From positions 37,076,001 through 37,140,000 of the forward strand of contig OZ024750.1 in the NCBI GenBank assembly GCA_964016885.1: a stretch of DNA of 64,000 nt, in the 5' to 3' direction. Under the pieces are notes generated by a model. That model worked only from the letters and a program-made list of their open reading frames with translations, was not told the origin of the DNA and did no database searches. This DNA comes from Eledone cirrhosa. Its lineage: Eukaryota. A program made the translations under genes and the position numbers. How positions within the stretch are numbered: the stretch's first letter is position 1; the number at the start of each line of letters is the position of its first letter. Positions 1 to 12,598 of this stretch are shown here, in pieces.

Positions 1-878
1 ATTACATATCACTGCAAAATTTGATCCTGTGGATTGGGGTTAACTTTGCCTTTCATCCTTACAGGGTTGATAAAATAAAGTACCAGTAATACACTGGGAT
101 AATTGCTGGCCTTGTGCCAAATCTAGAAACAATTATTAATAGAGTTCCGAAGAAACCAAGACAAGAGGCGTTGGGGTGGAAAGTAAACTATTACTACTGA
201 ACAGAAGACAGACATTTAATATTGGGAAGTGAGGAATATGGAATGACGAAGGAAATACTTAATATTTATTGTCATTGTTTTATATTTTGCTGATGTCATC
301 TTGGCCTTTCTGACTTTTAATTTAGTATTGATAACATAAGTAGCAAGTATATCGCAATGTCAAATCATGCAACTAATATAACTCACACCCCTCCTCTTCT
401 GCAGCCATCCCCTCAGCACCCCATTCTCACCACCCATACCCTTCTCTAGCCATTACCATACCTCACCCACCGTTCCAGCTATTCCCTTGCTGTCACCACC
501 CCTCTTTGCCACCCCATCCTTATTGAGCCATCACCTCCCCCTCCTCGCCCCCCATCCCTTGCCACTCCTTGGCACCACCACCACCACCCCTTTGAGACAT
601 TGTACTTATGTGATTTATTTGAGACATTGTACTTATGTGATTTATCAATTAAGGTCCATCATCTACTGATTTAAATTTAATAAATGTCAACCCTTGCAGG
701 AGATAAATGTAATGTTGGTAGTTGAACAGTTGAACATGATTTCAATGGAGGTGGGAGAGACCAACCTCTTCTTGTGTAACTAATGAGATTAAAATTATTT
801 CTTAAGATCATATATATATGGAGGGGTGTCCAAACCCATGCAAGCGTGGAATATGGACGTTAAACGATGATGATGATG

Positions 879-1351
879 TGTAGCGACGTGGTTAGTCAGT
901 CTGGTCACTACTTCTGATCAGATCCGAGAATAGCCCTTAGAAGGACTGTTATCGCATACGGTCTGATCAGATCTGAAGATAGCCCTTAAAAGAACTGTTG
1001 TCACTGGTGAGGATGGACAGACGAAAGCACAAGTTGAAAAGGACGAAGCAAGGCGAGATGTAAATTCGATCAGCTATTTATGTTCACATAAAGCGACGAT
1101 ACAAAGTGTGTGACAAAGCGTGGCAGAGTAAAGGAACAACGATACGCTAGCTGACTCTGCCAAAAGTCGACTGGCGGAAGTGTTTGGGATCACTCTATTA
1201 ATACAGAAATAATCGTTTGATGTTTAGGCGCTGTGTAGGCGTTTATTTTGGTGGTTTCTAAGGGCTGTTTGTTTTGTTTCACGTTGAGGTAGCTAGCTAA
1301 CAGATAGATGGCACTGTATATTTCACAGATGTTATTTCCGGTGGCTGTACA
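879..1351. mobile_element. Possible solo LTR
   Basis: 473-bp island of higher complexity bounded by TGTA...TACA between microsatellites, with a short internal duplication (about 914/962). No clear TSD. Confidence 0.35.
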
Positions 1352-1661
1352 TATGTATATATATATATATATATAATAAGTAAATATCTTTAAGTCGTTT
1401 GGAAGCCTCAACAATGCAAATGGGTAAATCTCCGGGTAACAAGATCCGGTGGTGGAGAGAGAGATGTAAGTGGGTGTACGTTGAGATGCGTGGTGTGTAT
1501 AAGACGTGTAGAAGAATGAAGGAAAGAGTATAAAGGATAAAATATAAATAACAACACGAGAGAGAGTTACCTTGGGAGAGATTTAATTGTCCCTATATAT
1601 TTCTGATTCACATCCATCAACTGGAGGTTTTTTCCGGGGTGGGGGAAAGGTTGTCTGTCGG

Positions 1662-1742
1662 AAAGGTGCGAAACGCGTCCTCCGCTGTTTGTTGTTTTGA
1701 TATTCAAAACAACAAACAGCGGCGGACACGTTTCGCACCTTT
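1662..1742. repeat. 39-bp-arm inverted repeat (3-nt loop)
   Basis: 1662-1700 is the reverse complement of 1704-1742 with 2 mismatches. Confidence 0.85.
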
Positions 1743-2193
1743 TTGGTAAATATGATCTTGGTTAAGAGAGTGGGACTGGCTTTGTGCAGAGCCTTTGCTC
1801 ACTATAAAAGCTTCACGGCACAGGTATTGCTTTATATCTGGAGATCTCTCTGCACTTGTCGTCACATGGTACCATGGGCCCAGCACTATGTGTCAATAGT
1901 TGTCACAAGTGTAGTGTTTGTACCAGAGTTTCAAGTCGCTGGCTGGACTAAAAAGTCACAATCGGTAGGGGTTCTCCTACATGGATATAAAGTAGTGGCC
2001 GTACTCGAAAATGAGTTGGCAGCCACCATATATATATATATGTATATATGTATGGAGAGATGTGTATATATATATTTATACGTTATTACTGAGTACCTGT
2101 GTGAATGTGTGCTTGATATGACTATCCAGGGATAACTTGAACTGTTAAGGTATATTCTCCTTGGTTATGTCAAAATTTATAAAACACACTTCG

Positions 2194-2254
2194 TATTTTA
2201 TCTGATGATAGCGTACCAAAATTTTGATACCCTTGAAATATATATAATAGAATA
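2194..2254 (+). ncRNA. Type-I hammerhead ribozyme motif in a PLE pseudo-LTR-like fragment
   Basis: TATTTTAT-CTGATGA-imperfect stem II-GAAA-TATATA-TA-ATAGAATA. Flanks are homologous to 52680-52850 and to 32130-32285 (minus). Confidence 0.65.
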
Positions 2255-2298
2255 AATATGATTTTATAAATATAGTTTCCATTTATTTAATATCATTG

Positions 2299-2336
<38 letters not shown>

Positions 2337-2437
2337 TATACACATATGTGTGCATATATACATACATATACACATATATATGTATATATAGCTTAGTATG
2401 GAGGCACATAGCTTAGTATGGAGGCACATGGCTTAGA

Positions 2438-2820
2438 TGGAGGCACATGGCTTAGTGGTTAGAGCATTGGCCTTGCAATCGAAAGGTTGTGAGTTCAATT
2501 CTCAGACCGGGTGATGTGTTGTTTCCTTGAGCAAGACACTTTATTTCACATTGCTCCAGTTTACACAGCTGTAGAAATGAGATGATAGGGAGTGGGGTCC
2601 CTATCATTCCACTGCAAAGTGGTCGTGGAGGTGCCACAGAAAAAAGCACCTAGCCCACACTGTAAAGTGGACGTGTAGGCGCCACAGAAAAAAAAGCACC
2701 CAGCACTCACTGTAAATGAGGTTGGTGTTAGGAAGGGCATCCAGCTGTAGAAATCAAGCCAGAATCAGTTCCTGTCCCACCCTTGCAAGCAGGCAAAGCG
2801 GACGTAAAATGAAATGATGA
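2438..2820 (+). mobile_element. tRNA-derived SINE family 2 (tRNA-like head, CORE/V-like centre, RTE-type 3' tail ending (GAT)n)
   Basis: A-box TGGCTTAGTGG, B-box-like GAGTTCAATTC. Tail shared with RTE 3' UTRs in this window. Near-identical copies at 8573-8910(-), 11038-11376(+), 16560-16903(-), 32432-32770(+). Confidence 0.85.
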
Positions 2821-3054
2821 TACACATATGTGTGTATATATATATATATACATACATATACACATACATATATCTACTCAAGCACATACAAGCATGTGTA
2901 AACATACATACACACTTCTGCCCATGTACGCACGTATACATAAACGTACAAAAGTTCAGTGACAGAAACGACTGCAGGTTATGCCTGGCCGAGGCGGCTT
3001 AGATCATTAAATTGAAGATCTGACATTATTATAAACTGCAGACTATAAACTATA

Positions 3055-3240
3055 TGGTGGATTGGCAGTATCGGTAGAGGGTCGGACGCCATGCTTTCCA
3101 GCATAGTTACGTCCCTTTACGATCTGAGTTCAAATCCTGCCGAGGTTGACTTTGCCTTTCATCGTTACGGGGTCAATAAAATAAAGTACCAGTAATGCAC
3201 TGGGTAATTGCTGGCCTTGTGCCTAAAGTAGAAACAATTA
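3055..3240 (+). mobile_element. tRNA-derived SINE family 1 (about 185 bp, Meta-domain-like centre)
   Basis: B-box GAGTTCAAATCC followed by CTTTGCCTTTCATCCTTACGGGGTCGATAAAATAAAGTACCAG. More than 12 copies, e.g. 1-135, 4095-4432(-, two), 8917-9262 (two), 9922-10110(-), 15505-15610, 27793-27980, 28590-28935 (two), 29176-29368, 31688-31872. Confidence 0.85.
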
Positions 3241-4513
3241 TTATAAACTGCAGACACACCAGGATGACCACCTTCTCTGCACAAACATTCGGCTGAGAGC
3301 CACCCACTAACCCTGACTCAACATAGGGATAACCACCTTTGCCTTGCCACACCGTCCCTCATCTCAGTACATTTGTCTTCTATAACATGTAACCTATTGT
3401 AAGATCAGATTTTGTAAATATCATGTCTCACCCATCACCACCACCAACAAACACTTTGCCATACATCCCTCATCTCAGTACCATTGTGTTTTATCTGTCC
3501 TCTCTGTCAAGTTTTAACTTGTAACCCATCGTAACATCCGTAAATATAATGTCGAACAAATCACCCCCACCACCGCCAAACACATCGCCATACGTCCACC
3601 ATCCCTCATTCACTACCTTGTTTTCCCCGTGTTCTCGATGTCACTTTTTAACCTGTAATCGTAAAATTCGATCCTGTAGATATATCATATTTCACCCACC
3701 ACCACCACTACCAGACACATTGCCATACCTACACAACCATCAACATCGCCATACCTACACAACCATCAACATCACATATCCCTCCATAAACAACGCATGT
3801 GTGTGTGTCTCCTTATGGAAATGACACGACGAACACAATCATCACACCACCATAAACACCGCAGCCTTTCATCTTTATCACAAACAACACCACATCCACA
3901 CCACACGCAAAAATCAGCCACATCTACATGCCAAACTGTCTACCGACAGCCAGCACCCCACACCACCACCCACTTAAACCTGCGATCAACACCACAAAAT
4001 TTTCACCACACCCACCCACCCCACATACACTACAGGCAAAAACATCCCTATGAATTAATCCACCAATCAAAACAAACTTTAATGACCAACAATCATCTCA
4101 GTGTATTACTGGTACTTTATTTTATCGACCCAGTAAGGTTAACCTCGGCGGGATTTGAACTCAGACCATAAAGGGCCATAACTCTTTGCTGCAAACCATG
4201 GCGTCAGACCCTCTACTGATACTGCCAATCCACCGCCCTTAATAATTGTTTCTACTTTTAACACAAGGCCTGCAATTATCTCAATGTATTACTGGTACTT
4301 TATTTTATCGACACCGTAAGGATGAATGGCAAAGTTAACCTCGGCGGGATTTGAACTCAGACCATAAAGGGCCGTAACTCTATGCTGCAAAGCATGTTGT
4401 TCGACGCGCTGCCGATACTGCCAATCCACCACATTTTTGTGTAAATAATATCTTGTATCTATATCTATATTTTGACATTTTGTTCTTTTTTTTTCTTTTA
4501 TATATTTTTAGAT

Positions 4514-4642
4514 ATGGGCTGTTGCTCTCCCGCTGCTCACTGCAATAAATGGTGGTATTTTGTTGTAGTCAGTTTTATCATAGGTTCCGTTGGTATCATA
4601 ACAGTCAGTATTATTTGGCAAGAAGAAAAATCACATATTGAA
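4514..4642 (+). CDS. ENTPD1: NTPDase coding exon 1 (MGCC..., N-terminal TM helix)
   Basis: Acceptor ttttag at 4506-4511, ATG at 4514, MGCCSPAAHCNKWWYFVVVSFIIGSVGIITVSIIWQEEKSHIE, donor GTAAGT at 4643. The acceptor implies an unlocated upstream non-coding exon. Confidence 0.82.
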
Positions 4643-7600
4643 GTAAGTATTACTTGATTCTGCCAGGACATGTGTCCATTAGATCAGTGGTCGCCAACCA
4701 GTGGCCCGAGAGAACATTTTTTGGACATTATTTGCAATTTTTATGTTTTATTAATAATAAAACAAAAATAATATTCGGTTAAAATATATTTTATAACTCT
4801 CCTGAAAAATGTTTCTCCTCAGTAAAGAACTAACTTCCATGAAAGAATGTTACACATATTTATTATCTATTGACAATATGACACAATGCTTCAGTATAGT
4901 TTAATAAAATAGAAGTTCTCTGATCATTATTCTACAAATGTATTTATCATTTTTTTAACATTCATATTAGTGGTCTGCATGATTTAAAATTATGAATTTA
5001 GGGGTCTGTGAGGTCCAAAAGGTTGGCGACCACTGCATTAGATAGTATCAACAATGGGAATTTGATTATTTTATGTTCAGTCCTTGATAGGAATTTTTTT
5101 TTGTTTTAATGTATATGTAGATGTTCACACACACACACACTGTGTCAAGGTGGGAAACAACTTAACTAAGATAAAAACTTTGTCAAAAAACACCACCAAA
5201 CATATTTTTGCCATTGATAACCTAGTATCAGCATTGGAAAGACCGATGGAAACATTGTTTCCTTGGTCTGATTTGATGAGTTCCACCCTCACTTGGTAAG
5301 CAAATAAGGTCTGGGATCTTGTGAATCATTTCTATTACTTGATTACAATTAATTGTGGAAAAAGTGCAGGGCGATCAGAATTAATGGAAGTTACGGAGTA
5401 GGCAGACCCAGAAAAACCTGGGATGATTTGATAAATTCCGACCTTGCACACTTACACCTCTCTAAGACGATATCACTGGACCGAGATCTTTGGCGCTATG
5501 CAGTAATTAATACAGAAGACCCGCCTTGCCTAAGTACAAAGCGAAACCTACAGTCAGTAGGCACCTCTTAATCAAATATACACCCCCATCCCACCAACAC
5601 CACCCCTTTCTCTGTAATGTTATGTTGGTACCACAACATCCAGTCCTAAATAAATGACGTTGTGTAGGTGTCACAACAAAAAAACACAGTCCACGCTGTA
5701 ATGTGGCCTTGTAGGTAAAAAGGCTCCCAGTCCACTCTGTAAACGTGGTTGGTCTTAGGAAGGGCATCCAGCCGTAGAAAACCCGCCAGACAGTCCTAAA
5801 CGAGTGAGACAACCAATCTTGCCTCAAGTGGGACAATTCTCGTCTAAACCCATGCAAGCGTGGAAGATAGACATTAAATGTTGATGATGATGATGATGAT
5901 GATGAAGAGAAGATGATGATGATGATGATGAGAAGACTGACCAATATAAAGGATATGACTTATCCCACCCATGACCCTCCCCACTATCGCTCCTTTCTAG
6001 CTAATCTCACCATCACTTAACACCACTCTTAGCCCCATTCAATCCATGATAACAGCCACACTCTTAAATCCTAACACGCCATTCATAACTCCTTAGTAGC
6101 TGTTATTGTCATTACAATACCAACCCCACACTTTTGGAGATCACCCACTCCCTTTGTGTATGTCAATAACAGTTTTGGACAACATTAGAATAATACTTAT
6201 TCTATTGGTGGTGTGTCTTTATATCACTTAGTCAGGTCTTTTTCCTGGCTAAGCAGTGCCCATGACACTTTTCAGGGCCTTCAAGATTGATGAGGAATGG
6301 GGTGCGTATGAGGAAAGTATTCATAAACCAGAGACATGATATAGACCAGAGATTCTAAAACTGTTTGTGCACCCCCCCCCATAGCCACATAATACACTTA
6401 GCACCCCCACCCCTATATCCAGAGAGACCTGGTCTCCTACCAGTTGGTTTTTGCCCTTAAAATCTGTCCAGCCATTCTTTCCACATGCCTTAAGTCTTTG
6501 TTAGAAATTTTCTTTTATATCAACTGCAGACCTTATTTGCTTAAAGAGTTGGATGGAGCTCCTCGAATTGGACTGGGGAAACAATGTTTCCATTGGTCTT
6601 TCCGATTGCTAATACTATCTACTGGTCACAAATCCAAGCAGAAGGAGCAACGTGAAATAAAGTGTCTTGCTCAAGGACATAGCGCACTGCCCTGTCTGGG
6701 AATCAAAATCACAACCTCATGATTGCGAATCCAATTTTCTAACCACTCAGCCACACGCCTTCACAAACATATATTCTCTAAAATACAAACATATATTCTC
6801 TAAAATACAAAGATATATATTCTCTAAAATACAAACATATATTCTCTAAAATACAAACATATATTCTCTAAAATACAAACATATATTCTCTAAAATACAA
6901 ACATATATTCTCTAAAATACAAACATATATTCTCTAAAATACAAACATATATTCTCCAAAATACAAACATATATTCTCTAAAATACAAACATATATTCTC
7001 TAAAATACAAACATATATTCTCTAAAATACAAACATATATTCTCTAAAATACAAACATATATTCTCTAAAATACAAACATATATTCTCTAAAATACAAAC
7101 ATATATTCTCTAAAATACAAACATATATTCTCTAAAATACAAACATATATTCTCCAAAATACAAACATATTCTCCAAAATACAAACATATATTCTCTAAA
7201 ATACAAACATATATTCTCTAAAATACAAACATATATTCTCTAAAATACAAACATATATTCTCTAAAATACAAACATATATATTCTCTAAAATACAAACAT
7301 ATATTCTCTAAAATACAAACATATATTCTAAATGCTGCATAATTTACTGGAATATATATATTTAATTTACTTCCAAATTCCAGTACAGTCTTGTTTTTGA
7401 TGCTGGTTCCAGCCATACTGCATTATATATCTATACTTGGGAAGGTTCCAAAGTAAATGGCACAGCAGTTGTTCAACAAAAGGCTTCCTTTAAAACAAAA
7501 GGTATATATTTTGCAATTTTTTCATTTAAATAGATTAATGATATCCAGTATATCCAGTTTGTATACTGCCTGTGTGTGTGTTGTAAGAGAAGATTAACCC

Positions 7601-10349
7601 TTTAGCATTTAAACCAGCCTTATCCAGCCAGAATTCTTTCACCTTTTTCTGTTCAAACCGGCCATAACTGGCTACTCATACTGATGTTAAGGTATTGTTC
7701 TCAAAATAAATAACATCAAAATCTCATAGATTCGATATTATTTGAGATAATTACGTGAGGTAAAACCATTACTACAAAAATACAATAGTAAATAAAGAGT
7801 AATGTAAATGGTAAAGGGTTAAAAGAGTTGGTACTAGAAAGTGCATAAAACATTGTATCGAAAAGGACCTCATGGTGAGTGCACAAACACATGGGCAGGG
7901 TACAGTGGTGATGAGTTGGAGGTAGTTGTGGGGGTGGAGGTGGTGGTAGTTGTGGTTCTGGTAGTGGTGGTTGTGGTTCTGGTGGTGATGGCTGTGGTTC
8001 TGGGTGGTAGTTGTGGTTCTGGTGGTGGTGGTGGTTGTGGTTCTGGTGGTGGTAGTTGTGGTTCTGATGGTGGTAGTTGTGGTTCTTGTGGTGGTAGTTG
8101 TGGTTCTGGTGGTGGTAGTTGTGGGGGCCGGGGGGTAGTTGGGGGGGGGGGGGGGGGGGGGGTAGTGGTAGTTGTGGTTCTGGTAGTGGTGGTTGTGGTA
8201 GTGATGGTTGTGGTAGTGGTGGTTGTGGTAGTGGTGGTTGTGGTAATGGTGGTAGTGGGAGTGAGTTGGTGTTGTTGATGTCAGATATTTTAAAACTTTT
8301 ATACATGTAGTATTATTCTTGTCTTGCCTCTTCAGCCAATGGTATACACCATTTCAGCACCAATCCTGATCTTGCAGGAAAATCCATGATTCCTTATTTA
8401 GACTTTGCCCATAAAACTGTTCCTGAAGGTTATGTTGCCAAAACAGGGATATATTTAGGAGCAACTGCTGGCATGAGGTTACTAAGGTTAGTTTGCTTAC
8501 ATTCCATATTGTTGCACTATCTTTGCTTTATTTAAAAAAGGAACGTGGCTTAACCCTTTATTCATCATTTCATCATCATTTCATTTTACGTCCACTTTTC
8601 CCTGCTTGCAAGGGTGGGAGGGACGGGAACTGATTCTGGCTTGATTTCTACAGCTGGATGCCCTTCCTAAGACCAACCTCATTTACAGTGAGTGCTGGGT
8701 GCTTTTTTTGCCGTGGCACCTCCACGACCACTTTACAGTTGAATGATAGGGACCCAAGTCCTATCATCTCATTTCTACAGCTGAGTAAACTGGAGCAATG
8801 TGAAATAAAGTGTCTTGCTCAAGGAAACAACACATCACCCGATCTGAGAATTGAACTCACAACCTTTCGATTGCAAGGCCAATGCTCTAACCACTAAGAC
8901 ATGTGCCTCCATTATTTAATTCAAATCCCGCCGAGGTTAACTTTGCCTTTCATCCTTACGGGGTCGATAAAATAAAGTACCAGTCACGCACTGGGGTCGA
9001 TTTAATCGACTTTCCCCTCCCCGCAAAAATTGCTGGCCTTGTGCCTATATAAGAAACCATTATTTAAACCGGCGGTAGATTGGCAGTATCGGTAGAGGGT
9101 CGGACGCCATGCTTTGACGCATAGTGTTACGGCCCTTGCCATTCTGAGCTCAAATCCAGCCGAGGTTAACTTTGCCTTTCATCCTTACGGGGTCGATAAA
9201 ATAAAGTACCAGTAATGTACTGGGTAATTGCTGGCCTTGTGCCTAAAGTAGAAACAATTATTTAAACCGGCCATATCCAGCTAGAATTCTCTCACCTCTT
9301 CCTGTTCAAACCGGCTGTAACTGGCCACTCATACTGACGTTAAAGTATTGTTCTCAAAGTAAATAATATCAAAATCTCATAGATTCGATATTATGTAAGA
9401 TGTTATGAGATAAAGCCTTTACCATGAAAATACACTAATATATATAGAGTAATGTAAATGCTAAAGGGTTAATAGTTAGAGAATTGGATTCAAAATCATA
9501 AGGTTGTGAGTTTGATTCCCAGACCGGTTGATGTGTTATGACTTTGAACAAGATACTTTATTTCACATTGCTGCTTATGGCAGGAGTTATGACTGGTAAA
9601 TAGTATCAGCAATGGAAAGACTAATGGAAATATTGTTTCCTTGGTCCAATTTGACAAGTTCCACCGTGTCTGTCGAATCTCCTTCTAAAAAAAAAAAACG
9701 CATCTTTTGGAGGGTAAGGGTTATATTGTGTTAGTTTAATATACTTCTTTGGTGGGGTAGGAGAAAGTACAACAAAGAAGTAGGTAGCAAATCCTATGAT
9801 GATGATAATGCATGCGATGGTGTTGGTGATGATGATGTAGTAGCTGCAGCAGTAATGGAATCAGTATATTAATAGCAATTCTTCTTGCATGTTGCCATTG
9901 AGAAATTGCCGTCTTTGATAAGAATTGTTTCTACACTTTTGGCACAAGGCCAGCAATTATCCCAGTGTATTACTGGTGCTTTATTTTATCGACCCCGTAA
10001 GGTTGAAAGACAAAGTTACCCTCAGCAGGGTTTGAACTCGTAACGTAAAGGGTCATAACTCTATGCTGCAAAGCATGGTGTCTGATGCTCTACGGATACT
10101 ACCAATCCATCTTTGATAATAATGTCTTTCTTTGCAGGGAAACCAACCAAACTGCCTCGGATGCCATTTTGACTTCAGTTAGAGATGTTTTCAAGACTTC
10201 TGGGTTTCTACTTAAAAAACCAAAACGTCAAGTTCGAATTCTTAATGGTTCCGAAGAAGGAACATTTTCTTGGATTACAGCAAACTACTTGAAAGGAAAC
10301 CTTGGTCTTGTAAGTTTAGCAAAGACTTTATAAATTACATTAATTTGTG

Positions 10350-10380
<31 letters not shown>

Positions 10381-12553
10381 AGTGACAGTGTTGCTGATGA
10401 TGATGATGGTGAGGGTGGTTGTGATGATGATGAAAGTGAGATTGCGATGCTGAGGAGGAGGATGAGGATCAGTAAACTTGTCTTATTCATTCCATAAAAA
10501 TAAAATACCCATCATCATCATCATCATCATCATCTTCATCTCCATTTAACATTGATTTTCCATGCTTGCATGGGTTAGATGGTTTCATATTAAGTAGGAA
10601 TCGATTGACAAGGTCCCAAACTTCATTAATTTACCGAGTGGGGTGGAACTTGTCAAATCTGACCAAGGAAACAATGTTTCCATCGACCTTTCCATTGCTA
10701 ATAATATCTACCAGTTGCAACTCCTGGCAGAAAGAGCAATGTTAAATAAAGTGTCTTGCTCAAGGACACAATACATTGTCTGGTCCAGTAAGCGAAGTTG
10801 CAACCTCAAGATTGCGAATCTACTTCTCTAAACACTAAGCCATGTGTGTGCCTTCACATATAAATTAAAATAGGTTTATTTTTGCTATATATGTATATAT
10901 TTAAAAGACAACAGAAGGCTGGATTTTAGTCTGGCCTTCTGTTGTATGTAAATAACATCATAGTTTGCTAACTGGAAGGACCAGATCTACTCATTGGTAA
11001 ACCACACAACATAAATAATCTATCTATATATATATATGGAGGCATATGGCTTAGTGGTTAGAGCATTGGCCTTGCAATCGAAAGGTTGTGAGTTCAATTC
11101 TCAGACCGGGTGATGTGTTGTTTCCTTGAGCAAGACACTTTATTTCACATTGCTCCAGTTTACTCAGTTGTAGAAATGAGATGATAGGGACTGGGGTCCA
11201 TATCATTCCACTGCAAAGTGGTTGTGGAGGTGCCACGGCAAAAAAAGCACCCAGCACTCACTGTAAATGAGGTTGGTGTTAGGAAGGGCATCCAGCTGTA
11301 GAAATCAAGCCAGAATCAGTTCCCATCACACCCTTGCAAGCAGGGAAAAGCGGACGTAAAATGATGATGATGATGATATACGAGGTGTGTTAGAAAAGTT
11401 CCAGGACTGATGCCACAAAAGATTTATTTCAAACCCAAACTTCACACTAAGTGTTTTCTCCTTCAAAGTAATCCCCCTGGAGTATGTAACTAATCTTAGC
11501 TTTCTGCAGCGATCAAACTTTTTTCTTCATAATTTTATATACATGTCGTCTGTTTCAGGTCGTCAAGCAATAAGCACAGAGCAACGAACAAACTTGAAAA
11601 CTTCGTCAGAAGCACTGGGATTGCTGCAGCAAGTGTATGGAGATGAGACGGTGTGATGCTCACGTGTTTTTGAGTGGTGCAAGAGGTTTAAAGAAGGGCG
11701 CGAGGACGTGGAAGATGACCCCCAGGAGCGGAAGGTCCTCAACAACCAGGACTGAGGTCAACATTGAGCTCGTCAGGCAGATGGTGCGTAGCAATCGTCG
11801 GCTGACTGTTCGACTGATGGCAAATGAGCTGGGCATGAATTAGGACAGCGTCTGGAAGATTCTCACTGAAGATTTGGACTTGGACATGCGGCAAGTCTGC
11901 GCGAAGATGGTGCCAAAACTTCTGAACGATGACCAGAAGGGTCTACACATGCAAGTGTGCCAGGACATCCTCGAGTATCTTGAAACCGAACCAGACTTGC
12001 TAGGGACAGTCATCACCGGTGATGAGTCATGGATCTTTGAGTACGACCCAGAGGGGACCCGTTTTGAAGACGTAGATGACATCAAAAAGGCCGTGACGAC
12101 GGAACTGCAGAGGAACCCGGAAGAATCCTTCCAGGAGTGCAGGCAAGCGTGGCAGAAAAGGATGGAAAAGTGCATTAGACTCTAGGGGGATTACTTTGAA
12201 GGAGAAAACTCTTAGTGTGAAATTTGGGTTTGAAATAAATCTTTTGTGACATCAGTCCTGGAACTTTTCTGACCCACCTTGTATATATATATAGAGAGAG
12301 AGAGAGAAAGAGATATATATTGTATAAGAAATACAGTATATTGTATATATACCAAATACATATTCCATATAAGAATATGTACACAAGTGTACATATTCTT
12401 ATATGATATATGGCTCTTTCTCTCTCTCTCTATATATATATATCTTTCTCATTTGGTTTATTATGGCTCTATATAATGTCTATTGAGCCTGCTTATTGAG
12501 AAACATAAAATTCTAAATATATTTGATATGTTTTGATTCATTATTTGTATGTA

Positions 12554-12598
<45 letters not shown>

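Noticed and set aside
1670-1684. GAAACGCGTC resembling hammerhead stem III
   Set aside because: No upstream CTGANGA box found.
2438-2512. tRNA-like sequences with A/B boxes
   Set aside because: No complete cloverleaf, and always continuous with SINE bodies.
6765-7330. Regular 22-bp repeats (also 23693-24072) resembling a CRISPR array
   Set aside because: Head-to-tail units with no unique spacers, no cas genes, eukaryotic intron.
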